From positions 1-64,000 of the IMG/VR virus record IMGVR_UViG_3300044997_001199: a stretch of DNA of 64,000 bases. The stretch is one strand, 5' to 3'. The notes below the pieces were generated by a model. That model was given only the letters and a program-made list of their open reading frames with translations. It was not told where the DNA came from and ran no database searches. This document shows, one piece after another, positions 7,573 through 18,700 of this stretch (position 1 is the stretch's first letter; the number at the start of each line of letters is the position of its first letter). Made by a program: the position numbers and the translations under genes.

Positions 7573-8960
7573 TTGCCCCCCACATATGTTCCTTGATAAC
7601 TTTTGACCCACATCTCCCCGGTCCATCGATACTGGATACCACTGGTAATGTTGGTAATATATTGTATGGCAGTTTCCTGCGCAGCATGAAACAGCACACG
7701 CCAGTAACCGTAATCGTCATCGTACTCGATGATATCATTGGCTTCGGCGATCAAAGACCGTCCGTTGTGCCCGATCCAGGCTGTGGGATTGCTTTGGTTG
7801 TCAAAATTTCCAGTGGCTTCGGTAAGCAGATATCTTTGCCCAGGTTGTGTGGGAGGCAGCCTGTCGCCGGGTCCGCTGATTAATGGATCAACCACAGCAT
7901 CAACTGGGGGCAAGGTGTTTTGCGGAATAGTATCGATGTCTACGTCGTAGATCACAAAGATATCATCGTTGGGATCAACCACAATGGTACCAATCACGTC
8001 GGTGCCATCGGGCTGTTCCAGTCGAATCTGGCTGATTCCTGGACGCAGAGTTCCATACATGTTGATCACAGCAGGCCATTGTAGGGTTGAAGTTAGCAGT
8101 GGCTCAGGATCGACCAACGCGTCGTTGTCGGGCTCTCGGCTGAGATCCTGCTGCTCAAGACATTGTATTCGATTGCCAAGCACTACCAGCGCATAGTTAA
8201 ACGGAGTCACAACCACTCTGGTACCCAACAATAGATCATTGTTGATCACGGCCTCGGCTAGATCGCCCTGGGCATCATGCATGCTTATGATTATGCGTTC
8301 TACCACGCCCAGTTTTTTTACCTTGGCCGGGGGTGACAACCAGATCGGCAGGTTGAATTTCACGGTTGCGATGTCGATGGGATTTTCAGTGCCTACGGGA
8401 ATCACACGACTGGACCAGTTAACCGATTCCAGTTCCAGCACAGTAAGACTGGTCCAGTCGATAAAGTTGTCTGTGCTCTGGATTTCGAGACTGGGATTGA
8501 ACAGTGTCAACATCTGTTCCAACAGTTGTAGTTTCTGATTGGTGTTGGAGGTCCAGATGTCAAGATTGATAGTTAATTGATACGGAACCGGCATCAGTCG
8601 TTCTATGGTAAATGCATTGCCTTGTGTGGTTTCGTAGGTTTCAGTGGAGGTATCGTAGGTCCGCTGTCTTACCGATACCTTGCTTACATGATAGGGTTCT
8701 TGCATGCGCGGCCGATCATAGTTCAGTGCTGCGATGTAAAAGGTCATCATAGGCGTAGCAGGCATGGAATTTTTGCTGTTTTCCTGCAGTATGGTCTGGG
8801 CCTGGCGGCTGGCATCCCCGTAGCGCACAGGCACACGTATCAACGCAGCAGCATTGCCATCTTCATCTCTGCCATATTCGACCTGAAAGTTGCTGACAAT
8901 GCGAGTGAACTGAAGGAGAAATCTGCGTATTTGTTCGTCGTAGAAAAATTGAGATACCAT
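7554..8960 (-). CDS. gp15: T4 gp15-like tail sheath stabiliser/terminator with C-terminal extension
   Basis: FFYDEQIRRFLLQF, VPVRYG, PVPYQLTINLDIWT...QLLEQMLTLFNPS pattern; lies in neck/tail cluster. Confidence 0.7.
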   Translation of the reverse strand: MVSQFFYDEQIRRFLLQFTRIVSNFQVEYGRDEDGNAAALIRVPVRYGDASRQAQTILQENSKNSMPATPMMTFYIAALNYDRPRMQEPYHVSKVSVRQRTYDTSTETYETTQGNAFTIERLMPVPYQLTINLDIWTSNTNQKLQLLEQMLTLFNPSLEIQSTDNFIDWTSLTVLELESVNWSSRVIPVGTENPIDIATVKFNLPIWLSPPAKVKKLGVVERIIISMHDAQGDLAEAVINNDLLLGTRVVVTPFNYALVVLGNRIQCLEQQDLSREPDNDALVDPEPLLTSTLQWPAVINMYGTLRPGISQIRLEQPDGTDVIGTIVVDPNDDIFVIYDVDIDTIPQNTLPPVDAVVDPLISGPGDRLPPTQPGQRYLLTEATGNFDNQSNPTAWIGHNGRSLIAEANDIIEYDDDYGYWRVLFHAAQETAIQYITNITSGIQYRWTGEMWVKSYQGTYVGGKWRLVL

Positions 8961-9517
8961 TATTCTTTTTCCATATAAATTCTTTTGCCATCTACAATTT
9001 TCCAAGTTTTACCACGAGTACCACTGCGTTCTAATTGGATTTGTCTAATTTTTTCTTTAGCACAATCTGGCATAGACCATCGTCCTTTTATTCCTCTTCC
9101 AGTATGAGCTTTACCCTTCATAGCACCACCATCTCGTCTTGTCCGGGTATCGGTACCTAACGCGCGCCGACGTGCATGAGCCTTTCTTTGTGATTCTCGC
9201 ATTTTTTCTATGCTTTTTGGGTTATGTAATTTGTTGCCACCGGCTTCTCTATTGTTATAAACAACAGCAATTTTTTGATAATGTTCCAACCAGGCCTGTT
9301 CTTTTTCGTTTAGCTTGTTGATATTGTTGGCGGCATCTATCACTTTCCACAAAAAATTTTCGATGCCATATTTTCTCACGCTATCATAAAGATAGCTTTT
9401 GCGTCCTTTATGCATGTAATCACAATGGGCATACCATCTTATCTTAGGATTTTTTTGAACCGTTTGTCCAATGTACACTTTGTTATTGATCTTGTTAGTA
9501 ATCTTATAAATGTGCAT
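8960..9517 (-). CDS. Free-standing GIY-YIG homing endonuclease
   Basis: HIYKITNKINNKVYIGQT motif, basic C-terminal DNA-binding tail, AT-rich relative to neighbours. Confidence 0.88.
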   Translation of the reverse strand: MHIYKITNKINNKVYIGQTVQKNPKIRWYAHCDYMHKGRKSYLYDSVRKYGIENFLWKVIDAANNINKLNEKEQAWLEHYQKIAVVYNNREAGGNKLHNPKSIEKMRESQRKAHARRRALGTDTRTRRDGGAMKGKAHTGRGIKGRWSMPDCAKEKIRQIQLERSGTRGKTWKIVDGKRIYMEKE

Positions 9518-9521
9518 AATC

Positions 9522-10916
9522 CTACTCGCTAAATGGTGGATACTTCACATTGGGCTGCCCGGGCTGGGTGCCAGGCCGCAGCCGTGTGGGCTTGTTGCCG
9601 TTGTCATTGCCATTGTCCGCACGAGGTCTCAACAGTTCACTCAGGCTCTGGCGACTGGGAATGTTTCCTTGATCAGTAGTGGGCACTGTGTAGTCATTGT
9701 TGACAAAACTGCTGCGCAGTGTGTTGTTGTCTGGGCGGTTGTTGAGGTTGGTGCGCACTTTGTCTTCGATTTTGACCCAGCGGTTACCATTGAAACGGAA
9801 CAGCCTGTTGGGGAAATAGTCTAGACGTAGGCAAAAATCTCCGCTGCTGGCATTTGGGGGGAAAGTCACACCAGTGCTCACAGGCAGTCCATTGGGAGGA
9901 ATTCCGTCTCCGGTGAGATATCCAACAGTGTATCCGTCGGCACGCGGGCTGACTCCCAGCCCGTCCTGCTGATCGTCCACTGTGATCCCGCTGTCGGCCG
10001 TGAGACCTGCGGGATCTGCAGGTTGACCATTGGCCCGGGTAGCCAACACATAATATTTGGATACATCATAGCCTGACAATGGAACTTCAACATCGGCCTG
10101 AGTCAGTATGGCATCGTTGATTTCTTGATCCTTGGGTCGGGTACTGAATTGGTCGCTCTGCATTGGAGGAACATAGATCTGCCAGAAAGTATTGTTGGTG
10201 ATGTCGGTTCCGGCCGGAACATTTTGACTGGCCTGATAGTAGGTGTTTCCGTAGTTTACGATGGACCCGCCGGGATAAAAATTACCTGGATCCCAGATCT
10301 GTTGAGAAACCACGGGTTTTTTGAGTATGTCAGCGTATTCCTGCGCGTTGGTCAAAGGCGTGGCTTTGACTCTCCATAGGTGCGGTAACCAGGTCTGGCT
10401 GAATCCTTCCGATGCATATGCAGCATCTTGTATCACGTAGTATTTGGGCAGCGGCTGGGCAATATTGGCATTGAGAGGGTAATAATCCAGCAACGATGGT
10501 ATTTCTAACACGTCACCGGTCATGAGTTTGCGGCCAAAGGTGTCGAGCATGTCGTTGAAGTGGAATGTGATAAACAGTGTGTCGTTGTTGAGAAACAGCC
10601 CAAACTGGGTAAGGTCAAAATCCACGTCCGAGGTATTGAATACTCCGCGCATGACGTAGATGTCGTTGTCGTAGCGCCGATCACGGTTTTCCAACAGCAG
10701 CAGATCCTGTATGTGCAAGGGCGACAGCGTGTCATAGATTGGCTGAGTGGCATCACCTTTGCTTGACAGGGCAGAATCTTCGCCACTGGTGTCAGGTCCA
10801 AGAAATTTGTGCACATAAACATCTGCTCCGCCCACTGTGTACATTTCTGAAATGGTGCGATCGAGAAATTGATAGTCGCGAGTGCGATTGGAGCGATAGA
10901 GACTGAGCCTTGGCAT
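9522..10916 (-). CDS. gp14: T4 gp14-like neck protein with an inserted carbohydrate-binding-like module
   Basis: Neck-protein-like N-terminus (DYQFLDRTISEMYTVGGADVYVHK...GDVLEIP); internal WDPGNFYPGGSIVNYGNTYYQA module. Confidence 0.6.
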   Translation of the reverse strand: MPRLSLYRSNRTRDYQFLDRTISEMYTVGGADVYVHKFLGPDTSGEDSALSSKGDATQPIYDTLSPLHIQDLLLLENRDRRYDNDIYVMRGVFNTSDVDFDLTQFGLFLNNDTLFITFHFNDMLDTFGRKLMTGDVLEIPSLLDYYPLNANIAQPLPKYYVIQDAAYASEGFSQTWLPHLWRVKATPLTNAQEYADILKKPVVSQQIWDPGNFYPGGSIVNYGNTYYQASQNVPAGTDITNNTFWQIYVPPMQSDQFSTRPKDQEINDAILTQADVEVPLSGYDVSKYYVLATRANGQPADPAGLTADSGITVDDQQDGLGVSPRADGYTVGYLTGDGIPPNGLPVSTGVTFPPNASSGDFCLRLDYFPNRLFRFNGNRWVKIEDKVRTNLNNRPDNNTLRSSFVNNDYTVPTTDQGNIPSRQSLSELLRPRADNGNDNGNKPTRLRPGTQPGQPNVKYPPFSE

Positions 10917-10939
10917 AACACTATTTACCGAGTCGGCAC

Positions 10940-10968
10940 TTGACCAGAAACATCACTCTGAGTATAAT
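10940..10968 (+). promoter_or_regulatory. sigma70-type promoter
   Basis: TTGACC-N17-TATAAT. Confidence 0.8.
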
Positions 10969-10997
10969 TACCATACTGTTGATAGGAAGGGACCACA

Positions 10998-12140
10998 ATG
11001 ATCACCACAGTTGCAAAATTGAAGCCAATGAATCCCGGTACCGCAGATGTCAAGTACACTGGCATCGAGCCTTGCTGGGAGCAACAATCTCAATACGGCG
11101 ATCAAGTGAGCCGTCTCACCAAAGCATTCAGTTGGTATAACTACCACTACGGACGCAAAGAGGCGCGAGACATCATCACGGCTTATCTCGAACATCAAGA
11201 ACGCAAGGACGATGTCAAGAATTTCCGCAAAGTGGGCGACAACGATGTCAACCTTACCGCGGCCTGGCTCTGCCGCATGAGCATGCTGGGTCTGGTGTTG
11301 ACCGAGCAAGAGCAACAACAGTTACAAGATCGCATCGACTGTATGTTGAAAACAACCATGAACCAAGCGGCCGTGACACAAGAACCACAGACCGTCGTGG
11401 ACAAACCCAACATCCAGGAACGTCTGCGCGAAAAAATGATCGAATGTGCTGGCGAAATCGAAGGCATGTTCGATGATTTCCTTCTGGGTGGTGCTCGGAT
11501 CACCGCGGAACACAAGCCCGTGAACCTGCTGAGAAGCAAAAATGTAGCCCCAAATCTAGTGGCAGAAATCGCCACGCTGTGGCAAGCGCGACTGCAAGAA
11601 ATCGTACAGGTCCTGGGCGGCCAGGATGATCAGCTGACCGAGGGCTGGAGCAACTATAGCAAAGCTCAGTTGCGGTCAATTGAGAAATTCTGCGAGTCTG
11701 TGATCAACAATTGCAGCGCCTATGTGCAGATCAAGAAAATCGAAACCAAACCGCGCCGCGCCAAGAAAGTTTCTCCCGAACAACGTGCTCGTAAGTTTCG
11801 TTGTGCTACAGAAATCGAGGAGTTTGGAGTCAAGGGTCTACCGGCCACTGGACTGGTCGATTGCTCGGAAGCATGGTTGTATGATGTCAAGAAACGCAAG
11901 CTGATCCATGTGGTAGCCGACAGGCACGTGGGGCGATTTACCATCAAAAACAACATGTTGATTGGTATCAGCCCGGCTGATACCCTACAAAAAACTCTAC
12001 GCAAGCCGGCAGAAATAGTCAAGGCGATTGCAGCAGCAGGCAAACCTGCTGCCCGCAAGATTTTTGCAGAACTTACCACGACCGGAACCCAATTCAACGG
12101 CCGCGGCAACGAACATGTCGTGATCCTCAAAACCTGCTAA
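10998..12140 (+). CDS. Hypothetical protein
   Basis: 380-aa ORF with RBS GGAAGG behind a sigma70 promoter. Confidence 0.8.
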   Translation: MITTVAKLKPMNPGTADVKYTGIEPCWEQQSQYGDQVSRLTKAFSWYNYHYGRKEARDIITAYLEHQERKDDVKNFRKVGDNDVNLTAAWLCRMSMLGLVLTEQEQQQLQDRIDCMLKTTMNQAAVTQEPQTVVDKPNIQERLREKMIECAGEIEGMFDDFLLGGARITAEHKPVNLLRSKNVAPNLVAEIATLWQARLQEIVQVLGGQDDQLTEGWSNYSKAQLRSIEKFCESVINNCSAYVQIKKIETKPRRAKKVSPEQRARKFRCATEIEEFGVKGLPATGLVDCSEAWLYDVKKRKLIHVVADRHVGRFTIKNNMLIGISPADTLQKTLRKPAEIVKAIAAAGKPAARKIFAELTTTGTQFNGRGNEHVVILKTC

Positions 12141-12151
12141 GTATTGGTCTA

Positions 12152-13039
12152 ATGACCAAACCATATTTCAGCAAGATAGAATTTTACATTACCAATACTT
12201 GCAATCTCACTTGCGAGCAGTGCAACCGATTTAACAACTACAATTTTCGTGGATGGCAACGGTGGAGCGACTATGAAGCAGAATATCGCCGTTGGTCAGA
12301 GCTGATAGATCTTAAGGCCTGCAGCATCATGGGCGGAGAGCCCCTTCTCAATCCCACCATCGTGGATTGGGTACACGGAATTAATGATGTTTTTGGTATC
12401 GAAGTACAGATACTGACCAACGGCACGAGATTTTGTCAGGCGCCACGCGGACTCTACGAAGCTATTGCATTTGCCAAACCCAAATCAGGGTGCCGCAATT
12501 CCATCGCAGTAAGTCTGCACAATCTCAATGATCTAGCCGAAGTAGAAAGCGACATCTGCCAGTTCCTCCAGGGCCCTATTACCCAGATGACACAAAAACC
12601 CGAACAATGGGGTTGCGATCATCAATATGTGGATCGCAACGGGGTAATGGTCAATGTCTACTATCAAAACACATTTTGGACTGCCAGTGTGCAACGATCT
12701 GCAGACGGTGTTTATACTTTGTTTGACAGCAACCCGGCAGACGCACATCAAGGGTGTTCGTTTGTAAAATACAAAAGTTATCATTTCATCGCAGGCAAAC
12801 TCTACAAGTGCGGTCCTGCTGCACTCATGCCCGAATTTGATTTGCAATATCCTTTTGACATATCCGACCAAGATCGGGAATTGCTACACAGCTATCGCCC
12901 CTTGACTCCTGACAACTTTGAGGACTATTGCGGAGAATTTCTGCAGTCACTGGAAAATCCCATTGCCCAATGCAAATTCTGTCCAGTGGTCAAACACGCA
13001 ATAAAAATTGCACCGGTACGCAAAGGTTACAGGCAATAA
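12152..13039 (+). CDS. Radical SAM protein
   Basis: CNLTCEQC motif, GGEPLLNP, TNGT, C-terminal Cys cluster. Confidence 0.88.
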   Translation: MTKPYFSKIEFYITNTCNLTCEQCNRFNNYNFRGWQRWSDYEAEYRRWSELIDLKACSIMGGEPLLNPTIVDWVHGINDVFGIEVQILTNGTRFCQAPRGLYEAIAFAKPKSGCRNSIAVSLHNLNDLAEVESDICQFLQGPITQMTQKPEQWGCDHQYVDRNGVMVNVYYQNTFWTASVQRSADGVYTLFDSNPADAHQGCSFVKYKSYHFIAGKLYKCGPAALMPEFDLQYPFDISDQDRELLHSYRPLTPDNFEDYCGEFLQSLENPIAQCKFCPVVKHAIKIAPVRKGYRQ

Positions 13040-13059
13040 ATACCACACCGGAGCCCGCC

Positions 13060-13827
13060 ATGGAACAACAGCAAGACTCGCTGTCAGAACTTAAGCAAAA
13101 TCTCATTGAATATGTGAGGCTTCAACTGGGCGATCAGATCATCGATCTTGAATTAGATCCTGCACACTATCAAGCAGCCTATCAAAAAACCATAGGTACC
13201 TATCGCCAACGTGCACAAAATGCATATGAAGAAGCCTACATATTCATGTATCTGGTCAAGGACGAAAATATCTATACCTTGCCGCAAGAAGTGATGAGTG
13301 TGCGTCAGATTTTCCGTAGAACATTTGGTGATGCCACAGGACCTTTTGCATCCAATTTTGATCCGTTTGCCCAGGCCAGCCTCAATGTGTACCTCATGAA
13401 TTTCAACGTGGCCGGTGGCTTGGCCACCTATGATTTCTACAGTCAGTATGTGGAACTCGCGTCTCGTATGTTCGGTGGATATATCAACTACACATTCAAC
13501 CCTGTGACTAAAAAATTGCAGATTGTACGTGATCCTCGCGGCACAGGGGAAGCAGTGCTGCTGTGGACCTATCAGCTCAAGCCTGAGATCCAATTGCTGT
13601 CGGACATGCAGATCTCGCAATGGATCATGGACTACATGGTTGGTGCGGCCAAAATGATCATTGGCGAAGCTCGTGAAAAATTTGCTGCCATCGCCGGTCC
13701 GCAGGGCGGTACGTCTCTGAACGGTGCGGCTATGAAAGCCGAAGCACAGGCCATCATGGATACCAAGGTCGAAGAACTCAAGCTGTATGTGGATGCTGGC
13801 CAACCGCTGACCTGGGTAATCGGATAA
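13060..13827 (+). CDS. gp13: T4 gp13-like neck protein
   Basis: LIEYVRLQLG..IDLELD..HY; WIMDY..GAAKMIIGEAREKF...GPQGGTSLNG; TAAATA at 13037. Confidence 0.8.
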   Translation: MEQQQDSLSELKQNLIEYVRLQLGDQIIDLELDPAHYQAAYQKTIGTYRQRAQNAYEEAYIFMYLVKDENIYTLPQEVMSVRQIFRRTFGDATGPFASNFDPFAQASLNVYLMNFNVAGGLATYDFYSQYVELASRMFGGYINYTFNPVTKKLQIVRDPRGTGEAVLLWTYQLKPEIQLLSDMQISQWIMDYMVGAAKMIIGEAREKFAAIAGPQGGTSLNGAAMKAEAQAIMDTKVEELKLYVDAGQPLTWVIG

Positions 13828-13932
13828 TTGGTTAATTTTCCAACCAGTCATCATGCATACATTAGAAGATTGCTATAGACATATTGACATGCTTCGAGAA
13901 ACTTTAAAACATTTAACCGTGAGGTAAATCAA

Positions 13933-14643
13933 GTGAAAGTATTGGTCAACGGATGCAGTCATATAGCCGGCACTGAATTGAATGACATCGACGAAGTTGC
14001 AAGAACAATGACTTGGCCAAACTTAATCAATGATTGGGACAGTGTGGTTAATATTTCTATGGCTGCATCTAGCAATGATTCGATATGCCGTAGAACAATT
14101 TTAGAACTTGACAAAAACAATTATGATTTTGTATATGTTCAGTGGACTCACTTTGATCGTATCGAACTTCAGATACCTTTCTACAAAGATCAAGGCGTTG
14201 AACACGAGTGGTTTTGTATCAACAGCGGAAATGCGGTTGTCGAGAGCAATCTCAATGGCATTCCAGGCTTAATATTCAACATTGCTCGCAGTGTTTATTT
14301 AAAACAATTCAATAACACCTGGTTTGACAACTTTAATATTGCACAAATGGTAGTGCTACAAACCTATCTAAAAAATCGCAATATACCTTATCAATTTGGG
14401 TTTGTGTTAGGTGAAGAGTACCGCCGAGTAAAAAAAAGCTCTCTTATCGATGTAGATCACGTGGTTGATCTTGCTTGGATTGATTTTTGCAACAAACATA
14501 GGTTTCAACGAATGATAGCTCACTATAGACGTGATGCACATGAAGCCTACGCTCAATGTATCACAAGAAACACACAGAAGAACAACGACAAAAAAGAGAA
14601 AAGAAAAACTTACACGACCAAAAAAAATATGTTATTATTGTAA
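13933..14643 (+). CDS. SGNH-hydrolase-like hypothetical protein with aberrant C-terminus
   Basis: VNGCSH block I, SND.I.RRT, VQWTHFDR; last ~30 aa read through an A-rich endonuclease remnant. Confidence 0.6.
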   Translation: MKVLVNGCSHIAGTELNDIDEVARTMTWPNLINDWDSVVNISMAASSNDSICRRTILELDKNNYDFVYVQWTHFDRIELQIPFYKDQGVEHEWFCINSGNAVVESNLNGIPGLIFNIARSVYLKQFNNTWFDNFNIAQMVVLQTYLKNRNIPYQFGFVLGEEYRRVKKSSLIDVDHVVDLAWIDFCNKHRFQRMIAHYRRDAHEAYAQCITRNTQKNNDKKEKRKTYTTKKNMLLL

Positions 14644-14707
14644 AAAAGCAGTAGACGCTATGAACTATGGGAGATGGCACGGTGACAGATGTAAACACAA
14701 CAAGTAA
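14562..14707 (+). pseudogene. Frameshifted C-terminal remnant of a homing endonuclease (NUMOD3-like plus Cys-rich tail)
   Basis: KKHTEEQRQKREKK then, after a shift in the A-run, KICYYCKKAVDAMNYGRWHGDRCKHNK*. Confidence 0.65.
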
Positions 14708-15377
14708 AAAACCTATTATTATTGGAGTGGTGGGACTGATTGGAAGTGGAAAGGATACCATCGCTGATTACTTGCAAAACATACATCAATTTAGACGTGA
14801 AAGTTTTGCCCATACTCTCAAAGATGCTGTAGCACAGATATTTGGTTGGGATCGGGAATTGATGGAAGGACGAACCAAAGAGTCCAGGCATTGGCGTGAG
14901 CAAGTAGATTCGTGGTGGGCAGAACGTCTTGACATGCCTAATTTAACACCTAGACATGTACTACAGATATGGGGGACCGAAGTTGCCCGTAAGAGCTTTC
15001 ACGATGACATTTGGATTGCATCTCTAGAAAATAAACTTAGAAAAACCAATGATGATGTGGTAATTTCGGACTGCAGATTTCCTAACGAAATTTCAAGTAT
15101 CCGGCGTGCCGGTGGCATTGTAATCCGTGTTGTTCGTGGCCCGGAACCCAAGTGGTACAATGCAGCTTTAAGTGTAAATCGTGGCCCCGATTGCAATACT
15201 GAGTGGGAGTTGAGCAAAACTTGTTTGGAAAAATATCATATTCATGCCAGCGAAACTGCTTGGATTGGCACCAGGTTTGACAGTGTAATAGACAACAACG
15301 GAGCACTAGACAACCTATATCGGCAAGTCAACGATCTGGTTCAAGGTCCCCGGGACGCCACGGTAAATCACTCCTAG
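14667..15377 (+). CDS. Deoxynucleoside monophosphate kinase (T4 gp1-like)
   Basis: IIGVVGLIGSGKDT P-loop, FAHTLKD, PRHVLQIWGTEV, ISDCRFPNE; true start uncertain. Confidence 0.88.
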   Translation: MGDGTVTDVNTTSKKPIIIGVVGLIGSGKDTIADYLQNIHQFRRESFAHTLKDAVAQIFGWDRELMEGRTKESRHWREQVDSWWAERLDMPNLTPRHVLQIWGTEVARKSFHDDIWIASLENKLRKTNDDVVISDCRFPNEISSIRRAGGIVIRVVRGPEPKWYNAALSVNRGPDCNTEWELSKTCLEKYHIHASETAWIGTRFDSVIDNNGALDNLYRQVNDLVQGPRDATVNHS

Positions 15378-15675
15378 CAATTTCTGTTTCGCAATTTCTA
15401 CATATACAACGTAGATTTTTGATATCGACATTGTCCAAGCGTCCGTCGATGTGATATACTATTATCTGTGCACTGAATTTAGCACGGAATCCGCAGCGAT
15501 CGCATCGCGATTTTTTTTTAAAACCAGCAGACTTCCATCGTGGTGTGCGAGACCTTAGGCCACGACCTCGGCGCATACAACTTTCACAGCGGCTGCGATA
15601 TCTTGCGGCTCCGTTGCGATAGTAATTTATTGCACAAGGTCGCTGATAGCAAGCCTGGCAGATAGGGCGTTCCAT
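15328..15675 (-). CDS. HNH endonuclease family protein
   Basis: CDRCGF...VYHIDGRLDN...LRCICRNC; TAAATA on minus strand at 15681-15686. Confidence 0.75.
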   Translation of the reverse strand: MERPICQACYQRPCAINYYRNGAARYRSRCESCMRRGRGLRSRTPRWKSAGFKKKSRCDRCGFRAKFSAQIIVYHIDGRLDNVDIKNLRCICRNCETEIARSDLPWRPGDLEPDR

Positions 15676-15770
15676 ATCTATATTTACAAGGACCTTTTGG
15701 AAAGGGATATATAGAACTCTTTTTTTATAGTTGCCGGTAAATATTTGCAACTTAACAAAAGGAACCAACC

Positions 15771-18700
15771 ATGGCTCAAATTTCCCCGGGTGTAGAAGTA
15801 GTAGTGATTGACGAAAGTCAATACATTCCATCGGCTGTCAACACAGTTCCGTACTTCTTGGTCGCCACTGCACAAAACAAAGTTTCCGGCGACGGTGTTA
15901 CCGTCGCCGCCGGCACCACTGCTGCCAACGCAAATCGCACTTTTTTGATTAGTAGTCAGCGTGACTTGGTGGCCACATTTGGTGTGCCGTTCTTCTACCG
16001 TACTACTACTGGTACACCCATCAATGGTTACGAACTCAATGAATATGGTCTTCTGGCAGCGTATTCGGCCTTGGGAGTCACTAATCGTGCTTATGTACAA
16101 CGAGTTGATGTTGATCTACCAGAGTTGACAGCTAGTTTAAGCCGCCCACGCGGGGAGCCAGCCAATGGTACCTATTGGTTAGATACTTCTACTACCACAT
16201 GGGGCATACAGGAATGGAATCTAGCCACCGGAAAATTTTCGGTAAAAACACCCATCCAGATCACAGACACAGCCCTGGTAGTAGATGCCGAGGACGATGA
16301 TTATACACCGTTGTCTACCGTGGGTAGCATCGGAGACTATGCGGTAGTCACATTGGATCTACTCAATAGTGGTTGGTACAAAAATACTGACAATGCTTGG
16401 GTTGAGCTGGGCTCAGATGCATGGAAAAGATCTTGGCCTACCATAGTCGGCGCGGCCAGTCCTTCGTCGTTGTCCAGTGGCTCCAACATGTTTATCAATG
16501 ACACTTTGATCACGGTTGGCGCCGGATCGACGGCATTGACTGTGGCAGGATTTGCCCAGGCCATCAATAATGCTGCAATTACCGGGATCACTGCTGAGGC
16601 GGTCAACGGACGTCTCAATATCTATGGTGACTCTACAGCAAGCAATGATGGTAGTACTTCCCTCGGTGGCATTATCGCTGTTGATCCCGGTCCAAACGGA
16701 GGGACAGCCTTGTTGGCAGCTCTCGGTATTGTGTCAAGCGAATATCAAGTTACTGCGTTCTTGCAGGCCTATAGCTATCAAATTCCTCGCTGGAGGACCA
16801 CCGACGGAATCAATGCCAGCCCCACCGGTTCGGTATGGAACAACGTCAGCGCAGTTAACAACGGTACATCTCTGAAAATCAAAGTTTGGTCGTCGACCTT
16901 GGGCGAATGGGTAGCTCAGAATGCTCCCACACATCTGACAGACCAGAGCGCCAATCTAGCATTGGACCCTGCCGGCGGTGGCAGAAATATTCCGGTAGGC
17001 ACTTTCTACACTGAGTTTCAAAATGGTGACAATACCTTTATCTTTCAGATATTGGAACGAGCACGATTTGGAGCGACCGAAGTCACAGGCACCACGGTTC
17101 CTACCAGTTTCAGAGTCGGTGACACCTTTTCTATCAGTGGATCCGCGGCTGGATCTGCCGATTTAAATAACGGCACTGTTACTATCGGCGGTACCGGAAC
17201 TGTGGCCGACTTTATTGCAGCAGTGAGTGCGTCCGACATTCCTTTTGTTAGCGCGACGGTCAATTCAGCGGGAAATATAGTTTTTACTCACAGCCAAGGT
17301 GGCGTAATACGGTTACTTGATACTGTCGGGACAGCAGTTGTAACCGCAGGATTCACAGTAAACACTCCTTTCTGCAGACTGGGAATTGGAGCGTCTCAAC
17401 GACTAGTTTTGAGTAATTGGGTAACTGCTCCTATCTTCACCTACATTCCCAGTGCAGAGGCACCACAACAGAATCCTGACAACGGACGCCTGTGGTATTA
17501 CAGTTCTGTGAGCGATGTGGACATCATGATACAGGACAACGGTGTTTGGCAAGGTTATCAAAATGTGTCCAACGATGTGCGAGGATTCGACCTTACCCTG
17601 ACCAATGCGTCGGGGCCGATTGTGTCGGCCACTGAACCTCTCACTCAAAACGATCTAGCCGAAAGCCCACTGCAATACGGTGATCTTTGGATTGATACCA
17701 GCGATCTTGAAAATTATCCGCAATTGTATCGTTGGCAACAGGTCAATGGCCTGGACCAGTGGGTGTTGATTGATACCACGGACCAGACCACGGAAAACGG
17801 TATCCTGTTTGCAGATGCTCGTTGGGCCCCGAATGGAACCACAGATCCCATCACAGATCCGGAACCGACCATCGAAAGTCTGCTGATCAGCAACTACCTG
17901 GATCTGGATGCACCGGACCCTGCCTTGTATCCACAGGGCATGCTGCTGTTCAACACCCGTCGATCAGGATACAACATCAAGAGCTTCCAGGTCAACTATT
18001 TTAATGCTCAGCGATTCCCAGATGACACAGTGCCTACGGTGACCAATACCTGGCTCACAGCCAGTGGTAACAAGACCAACGGATCCATGTTCGCCGGACG
18101 ATTGGCACAACGACAGATCATTATCAAAGCTCTGCGTGCAGGTATTACCACAAGCGAAGCCGCAAGAGAAGAGCAAAATCAGTTCAACATCATTGCCACT
18201 CCGGGATATCCCGAACTGATCGCGGACATGATTGCACTCAGCAACGAACGCAACAACACCTTGTTTGTTGTGGGGGACACTCCTGTGCGCCTGAGTCCTT
18301 CGGGCAACGATTTGGTCGCCTGGGCCACCAATAACAATGGACTGGGACTGCCCAACGAAGACGGACAGGTGGCAACCAGCAACTACGCTGCCACGTTCTA
18401 TCCAAGTTGCCAGACCACGGATCTTTCGGGCAACACCGTGGTAGCACCGCCCAGCCACATGATGATACGCACCATACTGCGTAGCGATGCTGTGAGTTAT
18501 CCGTGGTTGGCTCCTGCAGGCACACGTCGCGGTGTGGTGGACAATGCTCGTGCGATCGGCTACATCAATGCCGAGACCGGCGAGTTTGAAACTCTGGCCG
18601 TGAGAGAATCGCTGAGAGACAAACTGTACGAACGCAACGTTAACCCTATAACCTTTATTCCAGGAGTGGGTATCACCAACTTTGGTAACAAGACTTCGGC

